NCBI GenBank assembly: GCA_038087875.1
Contig: CM075990.1
Span: 6,016,001 to 6,080,000 of the forward strand
Length of the DNA: 64,000 bases
DNA from: Malacoraja senta
Taxonomy: Eukaryota
Direction: 5' to 3'
Under the pieces are notes generated by a model. The model did not search any database and was not told where the DNA came from. It worked only from the letters and a program-made list of their open reading frames with translations. Below, piece by piece: positions 11,243 to 23,576 of the stretch (positions are counted from its first letter, which is position 1; each line of letters starts with the position of its first letter). Both the position numbers and the translations under genes were made by a program.

Positions 11243-13648
11243 GAGAGAACATCTTGGACTTGGTTTACACCAACACCCCAGAGGCTTACAAGGCAGCCCC
11301 ACGCCCTCACCTGGTCCACTCGGACCACATTTCCATGTTTTTAACACCAGCCTACAGACCTCGGCAGAAACAAGCTAGAGCGGAGAGAAAACACACCAGG
11401 GTCTGGCCAGAGGGAGCAGCCTCAGCACTGCAGGATTGCTTCCTGTACACTGACTGGGATGTGTTCAGGACAGCGGCATCCTATGATGACCTCATCAACA
11501 TCGAGGAGTACGCAGAGACTGTAACCAGCTACATTGCCAAGTGCACCGAGGATGTCACCATCATGAAAACCTTCACTGCACGTGGAAACAAAAAGCCATG
11601 GATGACAGCAGAGGTGCGCTCGCTGCTGAGGGCTCGTGATGCAGCCTACAGAGCCGGTAACACATCCGCTCTTCGATCTAGCAGGACTGCACTGGAAAAA
11701 GGAATCAGGGCAGCGAAACGCGCCTACGCGGGAAAAATCCAGGGACACCTCTGTGACACAGGAGACACCAGGAGGATGTGGAAGGGAATCCAAACACTGA
11801 CGGGGTACAAGGCAAGGCAGCAGGTAACTGCCGCGGATTCTTCTCTCCCAGATGAACTGAACAACTTCTTCGCTCGTTTTGATGCAGCAAACACCACACC
11901 CAAGGGGAGAGGCAGTCCCTGCATACAAACCGACCAGTCAGTCCTGACCATAGACCCGATGGACACATGGAGAATCCTGTCTAAGGTCAACCCGTGGAAA
12001 GCAGTCGGACCCGATAACATCCCAGGACGTGTGCTTAAGGAATGTGCTGAGGAGTTAGCATATGTGCTAACGGACATTTATAACATCTCCCTCAGTCAAG
12101 CCATTGTCCACACATGCCTCAAAACGAGTACAATAATCCCCATAGCGAAGAAACCAGTTGTTGCCTGCCTAAATGACTACCGCCCTGTCGCCCTGACCCC
12201 AATAATAATGAAGTGTTTTGAACGCCTGGTGAAACCCCACATTAATGCCAGCCTCCCCTCATCGTTAGACCCACTCCAGTTTGCCTATCGCCCCAACTGT
12301 TCTACAGAGGATGCCATCTCTACCACGCTGCACACAGTGCTCACGCATCTGGAAAAAAGAAACACATACGCCAGAATCCAGTACATTGACTTCAGCTCTG
12401 CGTTCAACACCATCATCCCACAGAGACTTGTGGAGAAACTAACCCTGCTGGGCCTCAACACCACCCTGTGTCACTGGATCTTGGACTTTCTGACAGAGAC
12501 CGCAATCAGTCCGTGTGGGCAAGAACACTTCAGGCTTGATCACGCTGAGCACCGGCTCCCCTCAAGGCTGTGTGCTCAGCCCGCTGTTGTTCACATTGTT
12601 CACACATGACTGTGCTGCCAGATTCAGGGACAATAAGATCATAAAATTCGCGGATGACACAACAGTGGTGGGACTCATCAGCGGAGATGATGAATCAATG
12701 TACAGGGAGGAAGTAAAACAACTAGTGGACTGGTGCGGCAAAAATAATCTAGAATTAAACGTCGACAAAACAAAGGAGATGGTTGTCGACTTCAGGAGGG
12801 CGCAGCCAAAGCATGCACCCCTTATCATCAGTGGCGCCACAGTGGAGAGAGTGGAGAGCATAAAGTTCCTCGGGGTGCAAATTACAGACAGCCTCACCTG
12901 GTCCAGAAACACCACTGGGACCTTCAAAAGGGCCCATCAGCAACTGCACTTCCTGAGGAAACTAAAACAGGCCTCACTCCCCACCAACATCCTCAGGACT
13001 TTCTACAGGGGTACGGTGGAGTCTGTACTCACGTACTGTTTAAATACGTGGTACTCCACCTGCAACTGCTCGGACAGGAAGGCTCTGCAGAGGGTGGTGA
13101 GGGGAGCAGAGAAGATCATTGGCGTCTCCCTACCCTCGGTACAAGAACTGTTCCTGAGCCGCTGTCGGAAAAAAGCTCAGAGAATTGCTAAGGACAAACT
13201 GCACCCCCTCCACATACACCTGGATCTCCTGCCATCAGGCAAGAGATATCGCAGCATCAAAGCCCGGACTACAAGACTGCTAAACAGCTTCCTGCCATAT
13301 GCTGTGAGGCTGCTAAACAGCCACTCTGTACGCACAGTCACCTGATTCTGCGGCTTGGCATGGACACTATAATAACTGGCACTGGCCACTTCAATAACTA
13401 GCACTGGCCACTCAAATCAGCCACCCCGGACATGTTTATGATTGGTCTTACTGTATCTTAACGTTGTTTTTATCTATTTTAACTTTATACTGTTCCATCA
13501 GGGACTGGATTGTTTAGTGTTATTATGTGTGAAATGTTTTAAACTTCATGTGCGATGCTCCGGTATTCCCTGGGAAACGTCTTTTCGTTTTGCACTGTAC
13601 AACTGTTGCTTGCAAGATGACAATAAAGGTTGAATTGAATTGAATTGA
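11243..13648 (+). mobile_element. 5'-truncated Rex1/Babar-type non-LTR retrotransposon (endonuclease tail plus RT), one frameshift near 12500
   Basis: ORFs 11254-12609 and 12515-13345 carry LDLVYTN..DH, NDYRPVALT, DFSSAFNTI, GSPQGCVLSP and KFADD; AATAAA and (TTGAA)n tail at 13622-13648. Confidence 0.92.
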
Positions 13649-14211
13649 TGCATACATTGACCAGGGTGTTTGTTATGAGGAGAGGCTAAATACGCTGGAT
13701 TAATTTTCCTTGGAGCTGAGGAGACTGGGGGCACCCTGACGGATGTGTTGTAAATAGGATAAATATTAGGAAATCTTACATTTGCAGAAGTAACTAGACC
13801 AGAGGCCATAGATTTAGTGTAAGGGATAAGAGGTTTACAATCTGGAACGACCATAGGCTGCAGTGCTTTCAACTGTTCAGATTTTAATATCTGGTACATC
13901 CTACTTAAGCCTCCCTGCTCAGAACCAATCTCCCCCCATCCCCCCACCCCGCATATGCTACTTCTACCTCTGGTTTTGCTCTTCATAATCTGCCTCTTTG
14001 ACTTGGTTTTTTATCTTAATTCGTTATTTCCTTCAGTAACTCAGTATCATTTTTTCATTAGAACTTCTGTAATATTTCTATTATGTACAGTGTATGCAAA
14101 GACTGGGCCATTGCCAGAAGGACTATTAAGCCCGCAAGAAATTGAATGAATGCATCAAAGACATTATTATTTGATGTGAATTACCAGTGTGAAGAAAGTG
14201 GGAGAATTTAC

Positions 14212-14273
14212 CTCAAACTGTTGAGCATACAACATAGGAGATCCAATGATTACAGCCACTGCCCATATGAACC
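14212..14273 (-). pseudogene. QRFPR: Isolated QRFP receptor (GPR103) TM4 exon, (G)FIWAVAVIIGSPMLYAQQFE; probable gene relic
   Basis: tttttcaatggcag|GG...GAG|gtaaat, 62 nt, phase 1 to 0. Aligns with human QRFPR GVVWLVAVIVGSPMWHVQQLE. Downstream of the annexin on the same strand, as in human. No intact partner exons recognised. Confidence 0.75.
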
Positions 14274-15319
14274 CTGCCATTGAAAAACATATCAATATGA
14301 CGTTCTAGGTAGATTTCAATCGACCTGTAAGAACAGTGAAACATTACAACACAGTTGATAGAGCAGATAGGGAAATTGTTCTTATGATGCATGGTTAAAT
14401 GTGATAACGCAATGCAAGCCTGATACATTGGTCGCAGATAACAACAGTTTAAGAATCCACAATCCTGTAGAAACTGGATGAGTTATATCAGCTATAATAT
14501 CAGCGGAATTGACCAAAAAAAAGGAATTTTCAACAGATTGTTTTAAAAACGCAACCCGTTTTATTTCAGAAATTCTGCTATCTTTTGACACTAGTTCCAG
14601 ATTCCATCTAGGAAAATCAGGCCATGGTCACAAAATTGGCAGATACTCAAGGCCGACCTGACAAAATTCCATCAATTCCACTGCTTTCAAAATGATTTCT
14701 AACATGTTTATTGTCAAGGCTATACAGGCGCAAACAGAACTTTTCTTAGAAATATGTTTTATATAAGATAGATTTAATGTAGTAAGAAATGTCTAATAGA
14801 TGTACTGAGAAAACTATTATATTCTTCAGCTATTTTGGATCGAACAATGAACAACTGAGAGCGAGGACATCTTTGTTCAAAATGTTCAATTCTGAGATAA
14901 ACCCAAGATGAAATTGGGTTTCTTATTACTAAAATTACACTAGTTAATACAACAATCTCTTAATACGTTGATGAATACTTCTCAATAAAATGACACAATT
15001 TTGTGCCGTTGCCTTGTCTGATTGTGCTGGTTCATGGACACGTTTTTATTTGTGATATTGCAAATTAACTTTGGCATAAACATGAAAAAAAATCATATCT
15101 GGAATTTCTCACATGCACATAAGACCCCGTTGTTCTCTTTGTGCAAACAAATGCATAAATGAAACTTAGGAACAGCCCCAGATAAGCTTGGTGATTCTTT
15201 TTTTCTTATCTCCAGTGAGAGAAGGTGCTCAGAATTTCTTTTGGGAATAAAACATGGCAAGAGAACCTCAGGCACATGTGAACAATGGAAACATTCGTGA
15301 CCAAACTCTATTTTAAGTG

Positions 15320-15740
15320 AAGATAAACACAAAGTGCTGGTCAGGCAGCATCCCTGAAGAAAAAGGATGGATGACGTTTCAGGTCGGGACTCTTCTTCAC
15401 TCTGAAAGTAGGCGGTGGTGAGTATATGAAGAGCTGGAGATGAGAAAACAGGAACCACAAATGACCTCAGGTAGGGCGGTGCCTGGTAGGTCCATTGTTA
15501 GCTAGGGAAGGTATATCTTCGGTTTAAACCAGCATCTGCAGTTCCTTCTTACTACATATTTCATGCATTTGTTCTATCTTTCTCTCTATATCACCGTCTA
15601 TATCTCTCATTTCCTTTTCCCCTGCCTCTCAGTCTGAAGAACGGTCTCGACCCGACATGTCACCCATTTCTTCTCTCCAGAGATGCTGCCTGACCGGCTG
15701 AGTTACTCCAGCATTTCGTGTCTCTCTTCGGTGTAAATGA
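15320..15740. repeat. Inverted pair of Penelope-derived terminal repeats
   Basis: Two copies of the gctggag..aactcagc..ctgaagaa repeat in opposite orientation. Confidence 0.7.
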
Positions 15741-17723
15741 AGATAGCTTTAACTTTTGGATGTTTATTGTGGCTACCTGTGAGCTGCTCTGAGGCAAAAG
15801 GCACCTTGCTTGGAGGGGAAATGTATCCTCAGCAATGAATTGACCGAGTTAAAACTGCTTTTGTGATATGAGAATGTTTAATTTTGAGTAGATGTATTTG
15901 AGAGAGAACTGCAAAGGAAGAGCGGAATGGCAGATCAGGCTCGATGGCTCGCTCTGCTCCTATGGCTGCTGTTCATAAATCCCCAACCATTTACTTTCCC
16001 AGTTGATGTGAGAATAGTGTCAGAGTCCAATTTCCATGCTAATCCCAGGCTTCTCATGATGTCAGTGCTCCACTATCTTCTGTCTTGAAGAGAAGAGGCA
16101 AGTTTGACACCTGCCCAGTGTTTCTCCTTACTGTTCAGAGCCAGATCTTGGTTCCCCACTTCCTCAGCCACACTTTTCCCTTGGGTTTGGGTTAATCATC
16201 CTACTGCATTTTATCCACTGTCGTAGATGCACTTCCAGCTGAAGACGAATAAACATACAAGGAGCAATGGATCACAGCGTGTGGGAGAGCTGCATCAAAC
16301 AAAATTGAGGGATGTCAAGATTAATGAAAGGGTTTGATCACAACTTTAAATGGGTGAAAACTATAAACAGATAAATAACAACAACACATACTCGCTTTGT
16401 TAACTCAGGGTGAAAATTCTTTATTTGTCTTCATAGCAACAAGGGACAATGGACAAGGGAAGGGAGTGTATTATAGATTCACAGAAAACATTTGGACAAT
16501 GTGCAATACAAGCAAATCGCAATGCTAACCATCTGGAAGAAAAATAGCAACCTTTTAAAAAACATCTCAGTGCCTCATTCAAGTAGTATGTTACTTCTAG
16601 CTTCACCATGATATTTGGTTAAACCACTACTAGGAATCAAATCGTTACATTAGGACTTTCTGCAATGCAACAATGACAAGGGCTCAGTGGATTTGAAAAT
16701 GTACAAGCCTCTTGTAAAATAAATACCATGTTTTAAATAATAGGCTCATTTTATATTTTGCCATTGAAAGCATTCAAGGAATGAGACAAATGAGTAATTT
16801 TAAAACTCACAGGCATTAAACAACAAAAGCGGAATGTTTAAATTAAAATCTTGGTCATTACTTCAATGAAAAATTAAATCCAATGTGGGTGACAAACCAA
16901 TTGGAGTCCAATGAAGTAATTGTGATCTTCATATTGGCTTCCAGCCCTGAAAAGCTGGGACAGCTCAATTGAATGAGGTTCCTTGATGTTTTTGGTAATG
17001 ATAAATGCCCCCATTAGACTCCTTTGGCAAGGCAAGAAATCTTCTGGAATTGTTTTACCATCTGTTGGATTTTCTAGAAAATCGATAGGCTCAATTGCAA
17101 TTTAACATCCATAAGTTGCTGAAGGATTAACAAGCCCAGGTCAAGGTTATCATTTCTGTATTGACAATGTCTTCTTCATTTTGCATTGAATACACTAACA
17201 TTGAGGATTCAAGCCATTTAGTTTTAAATGCATAGTAGTGTTGCTAATTGGATATTCTGTAAATAAGTTATATAGGACAAGGGCAGTGTACAAGGGAAGG
17301 GAATACACCAAGCTGAGGCTGCCTCATTACCAAATCAAATGGAAAGTAGAGACATAATTCCATTTAATATGAGCATTTGTAAAATCAAATTCTAATTGAG
17401 TTAAAAATGCAAGTTATGAATTGCTGTGCCATCTGATAGAGCATGGTCTCAAAGAATCTTTCACAAAATTAATAGTGATTGTGGAAAACAGACTACACAG
17501 AATCAAATCTTGTGGAATTTAAGTAAGTGCTTTAAGATTTTACAAATGCGTGCAAGCCCATCCTCAGTATTGCATTAAAGAGCCTGGTGTTGTCTACTAG
17601 AAATATCCAATGTTGTAGGTATACTGAGCATGATTATTGTTTAAGCAAGATATAAAGGCATGACAACTAAAACATTTGATAGTTGAAACATTTGTGGTCC
17701 ATTCTCGAGCTGCAAGGAAATCT

Positions 17724-17783
17724 TTAGTTATCTCCAGCACAGATCTTCAGTAGAGTATCTTTAAAATCTCCACCAGTGTCTCC
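17724..17783 (-). CDS. ANXA5-like: Annexin last coding exon [19 protein letters not shown]
   Basis: ttttcttccacag acceptor, annexin C-terminal motif, TAA stop at 17724-17726. Confidence 0.95.
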   Translation of the reverse strand, partial: GDTGGDFKDTLLKICAGDN

Positions 17784-20700
17784 CTGTGGAAGAAAAAAAA
17801 CAACAACCATTTAACGAAATCTGCTATTCTGTTGCTTGGTTTCATTTGTAAAGCTGGATTACAATTAAAACACAAAGTGCTTGGATAATACTAGGATAAT
17901 AACACCAGGATAAGCGCTCAACTGAGAAAACCAAGCCCAAAGCACTATCTAAACTGATGAAACAAACTTATACCAAGGACAATAACTAACTCCATATACA
18001 ATAATTAGCTACCTACATGTTAACAAGCACATTAAAAAAAAACAGATCGTGTTGATGCAAGTACATCATTGGGGTTATCAAGTGGCACTGGTGTTTAGTT
18101 GAGTTAGGCCCATGGCACCTCGGGAAGTCTCAACAGTTAGACTACTTCATATCTGTGCTTTTGTTAGTCTGCATATATTCATTAAAGACACTCAGGAGAT
18201 GCATTGTTGAATTATCAATTGTTTTTCCTGCAACTTTTCCAGAAGGTATTGCTTTAAAATGTGCACAAATGTATTGGTAAATAGATTTTACATACAAAAT
18301 CTAAGCTAATTTGAATTGCAAAAGAATTCAAGCTCTGTGCTGGTACTGATGGCATAGTGTAGGCAGGGTCCTGGCAGGTATGAAGAACCTGCTCAAATAT
18401 CTCACATTCCCTTTCCCAGTAATTTAAATTAATGAAGCCAAGGTTTATATTCCGACTTGGCCTGGAACCTTAAAATAACTGAGGTGGCCTGGAACCTTAA
18501 AATAACTGCTCAGGCTCTTGTTATTTCTACCTTCATTGTGTAAAACCCTTATCTGTCTGCCTGGCCTTTCCCCTTCACCTCCCAAACGTAATATGCACAC
18601 TTAAGAAATTGATGTAGGAAATTCTGAAAATTATTGTAGAAAGATGAGTAGTTTGTAATAAATTTAACTAAAGATCTTACATACTGAGGGAACTTATGTT
18701 AGGATAGGTAATAATAGATTTATCATGGTGTTTAGATTCTACAGCATAGTAAAGTTAAAATAACCATTGGGGGTGTAAATTAAGCTGAGGGGAATAAAAC
18801 TGATCAGGGAGTAGTGACTTTTATTGTGCCCATTTGTCAAATAATCGGGAGAGTGATTTTGTAAATAACAGGGGACCCAAGGTTAAAGATAACTGGTGAA
18901 ATACAAACATGAATGGCTACACAGACATTGGCCAATGATGAATTATTTCAAAAATGTAGAATCCACATGTAACCACATGAGAATATAAAAATGTAGTGGG
19001 TGTTGTGAATCTCTGAAACACTTTGGGATTTCTCCGTGTGTACTGTTAAGGCCTTGAATAAACCCACTCATTTGACAAAATCACCACTGCTCTATAAGAT
19101 ATTCTTTGTCTGTTCCTTTCTGAGCCGTGATTAAGAAGGGGAACTGGGCCCCACGTGAACTCCAGATTCAGGGAACAGGTTAACCACACAAGCAGAGCAG
19201 ATATCCATCGGGGAATGTTGCTGACAAGCCCGCTCCAGACTGCAGGAGTACGTGTTGAGGGGTGCACTGAGGCTCTGAGAGGGAGGACTACAGTCTAGGG
19301 TCCTTTCGCTGCTGGACATTGAGGGGCAGAGTCTGGTGGAGACGCATCTCAAACTAGGGAAGGGATATCACACCAGGGGGCCACATAAGTGGCAAGGGTG
19401 TAGGACAAAATTTGTAAACACTACCTTACAAACCAACGAAATGTATAGCCTCTGAGAATGTTGGAAGAATTTTGACACTTTCTCCTTTGTATATTTTTTA
19501 CTCTGAATAAAAAAGGGTTTCTAAGGAAATTAGCTAAATTTATACGTAATGTATTCCCTTCATACACAAGGTCACACTGATGTATTTAAACAAAAACAGA
19601 TGCTCTTCAAGGAGGTTTTAAGGCAGTGTACCGAAACAATTATACCAAATCAAATCAACACATTAAAAGGAATTACATTAGATTTCAAATGTAAAACTGT
19701 CAAAGGGCACAACTATCAAAAGTTGGTCAGACAGGAAATGTTTCTTTAAATAAATTCTCTTGACCGGCTTCAAGGAAATATCAATGACATACCACAATTG
19801 TAGAGTGAAGAGTCTCATCATATTTGGACTTGTAAATAGCTTTGATATCTGCCAAATCAATTTCAGAGCGAGACACCATAATTCTCATCAAAGTTTCGTC
19901 ATCGGTGCCACCACCCTGTTAAAAGACAAAACACCCATCTTCTGATGTTAATTTTGATCATTCAATATTCTTAAAAATTCCCTTCATCAAATCACTTCTC
20001 GCCTTCACTTGGCAATAGTTAAGTACGGAGGCAATGAGATTAGAACAAATCAACTCAGGCCACAGTGCTCCCCTTTCAGGCAAAGCCTAATCAGATCATG
20101 GTATAGATAGTGAAGGAAGAGCAAATTCTGCACAATGGTGCAGAAATCATGTCATCAAGTAGCACCTACTCAATGAAGCCTCCACATCTTTAGTCAGGGC
20201 ACCTAGCAGACCTGGAGGATATTACTCTTACAACAGTACAAATGTGATCCCACTTCAGCATTTGACTAGGTGCAAGCTAAACTAGGTAATCGCAATTGAA
20301 GCCTCCACACCTTAGCACTGGTGGCAGTGGGTTTGGGATTTCTTGCACCATTCCAGCAATGACCTAAACCAACACCAAAGATGAATTTAACTTTTCTGAA
20401 GAGAGCTCAAATGATAAAAACCAATAAACAATGGGGGGGGGGGGGGGGGGGGGGTGGAAGTCAAAAGGAAAGAAAATGCAAACAGATTTTAGTAAATGGT
20501 GATAATGTTAACATTTATCGTGCTCTCAAGGTAGTTAAAAACATCAAATTCCAGAGTTTAGGCAAAGGGAAATTGGAATATTCAGAGGGTTGTGGGTGCT
20601 CGGACAGGGAGGGGAGTGTTTTTGATGTAAAAGCCAATATAGTACAGAGTAAGGAATACTGAGGTAAGATACGTTGTGATATTTTGCAAAGTGGCTCAGC

Positions 20701-23516
20701 CACCAGGAGCGTTGAAGTTTGGTAGTATTGCATCCTTTAATCAGGTGCAGACTCCAACTCTCAAGAGAACCGAGTAGTATTTAAGCAGCCAGGAGCAAGC
20801 ACAAGAGAAAACATGAGAAAGAGTATGAAAGAATTGAGAGGATACCAACTTGAAGGCAAGCTGCTGGGAAGGATGCAACTTGAAAGGAATTGATATACCA
20901 AATATACCGTACCTTCATGGAATTGTACAGTTTCTCAGCAAAATAGGCTGGTATGTTCTTCGCGCATTTGACTGAGGAAAAAAAAGGATTTATTAAATAA
21001 AATCTCCATTAAAAAAATGACATTTGTACAGAATAACAGCAATTTCAAAACATTGAGATTATTATGAACAATACAGGTATTGCAGAATCTGGAATGGGAT
21101 AAAAGTAGAAAAAAAAACAAGATTTATATTATATGCATATGGGGTAAAAGAGCATTTAATTAATGCATTGCAAAGTTTCCACAATTAAGTGACAGCTCCA
21201 ATGTAGGCAATGGTTCCCAATCAAACCAGGCCAAATCAAGCAATCCCTTATCTGTGCTTAGCATGTGTGGCTGCAAAAATGGTCAAATACCTTCACATTC
21301 AACCTCACGGAACCAGCCATTTTAGAATGTAATGAGAAGTGCGACCAAATGTCCCAGCGTCATCAGCCACACACTCGCCAACCTTCTTTAAATTCTGGTT
21401 AGTTTATACACTATTTTGCCTTTTTTAATGCATTAAACAGATTTAAGAGTTTCGATATCATTTTAAAATTAGGCGACCAATGCTTATTAATCAGAGACCT
21501 TAAACACGGTAGCACCGATTTGCACTTTAAAAGGAATTTAAAAGGCAGCACCTTTAACACGGTAAGTTGTCAGGGCTATGCCAGGCCTGGTTGTCACTGG
21601 GGCTCTGATCAGCCTGTGGAAGGGCTAGGGATTGCAGGTCTGCAGTATAGTCCATCCCACATCTACCTCAACCTGAAAGAACTGGTGTAGAATTAAGCAT
21701 CAATGGCCACAGTGATCAGAAGTTGCAAAAGCCTTTGAGTAACAAATACTGGGTTTTGGAATGGGGGAGGGCAAATCCCCTGCTCTGAAGTCAAGTTAAG
21801 TCAAGTCAACTTTATTTGTCACATACACATACAAGATGTGCAGTGAAATGAAAGTGGCAATGCTTGCGGATTGTGCAAAAACTACAGAACAGAACAGAAT
21901 CAGTATTTAGGTATTGCAGAATCTGGAATGGGATAAAAGTAGAAAAAACCCCCAAAGGATTGAAATTATATGCATAAGTTCACAATCACATGTCCAGTCT
22001 CATACAATCAATTAGCTACTGTTGCAGCGGATGGGGGAAATAGCATTTAATTAATGCATTGCAATGTTTCCACTGAAGTGACAGCTCCAATGTAGGCAAT
22101 GGTTCCCAATGAAACCAGGGTCAAATCAAGCAATCCCATATGGCAGTGCCAAATACAATCTACAATTGATTCAATATTTCTTTCCAAACAAATACTGCTG
22201 CCGATACATCCTGGAAAAACCCACACCTCAGGCTGTGGAACGTAGTTAAAGAAGTGCCAAGCCACAATTGCTTAGTAATTTCAGATTTTAGAAAGCCTGC
22301 AACCAAGTATTTCCTCAGCATCCACAATAGGCTGTGAAACAGTTGCTGTGTGGTGTACCAATGTCGCAGACCTAGGTAAACTACGACATTTCTCATTGTG
22401 CACTGCAAAAGGTTGTCATGGTGAAAGGGATCAATCCCTCTTAAAGATTCAAGAGCAAATAATGATATCTTGTTCAGGTCACGATCCCAATGCTGGCTTG
22501 GGTTTTACTCAGGCAGGGTCCTCATTAAGTCTTGGAAGCAGATACCACGTGCAAAGTATAGTTTACTTTAGCATAGAGATACAGCATGGAAACAGGCCCT
22601 TCAGCCCTATCAGTCTGCGCCGACCAGCAATCCCCGCAAACCAACACTATCCCACACCCACCTGGGACAATTTACAACTTTGCCAAGCCAATTAGCCTAC
22701 AAACCTGTACATCCTTGGAATGTGGGAGGAAACCAGAGCACCCGGAGAAAACCCACGCAGGTCATGAGGAGAAAGTACAAACTCCGTACAGGCAGCACCT
22801 GTAGTCAGGATTGTGCCCATATCTCTGGCGTTGCAAGGCAGCAACTCTACCACTGTGCCACCGTGCTGCCACGAAAGCACACTTTTGCAGGAACTACGTA
22901 GCATACAACTGCTTGACAAATTAAATTTCCAAATGACAATTCATGTTAGAAATCAAGCAATATTTTAGCTTCGACCTAAACCATGATCATGTCACCAATA
23001 TTTAACAAATTATAAGTTACTTTTGCCAAGAAATCTGCTTGCTACTTAACAGCAATTATTCAATTCCGTGCATCCCTAGAACTGAGCGCTGACAAACAGC
23101 ACTGGTAAAATGAAAGCCCTGCCGCAGATCACTAGATTCTCACCGCAGCTCTCTCAGTCAGCAGTGTGAAAGTCGTGGTTGGTGTAGAGAACAATTGTAT
23201 CACGGATGATGGCAGGTTTTAGACCATAATAACTCCAGTTAACTGGTAGACAGCTTCCTATTCTCACTCGAGACATCTTTCTGCCAAAATCAGTAGGAGT
23301 CTTACCAATGGCCAACATAATACTCTGAAGATTCCCCGAGCATTCACTTGCAATGCTGTCTTCGAGATCAATGTCGTTTATCTTCTGGTACTCATCAAAT
23401 ACTGTGTGGAAGGAATAAAATAAAATGACAGAACAATGGTAGTTAAGGGGAGAATTCTGGTGGATAATATATATATCTATATCTATATCTATATTATCTA
23501 TATCTATATATATCTA

Positions 23517-23576
<60 letters not shown>

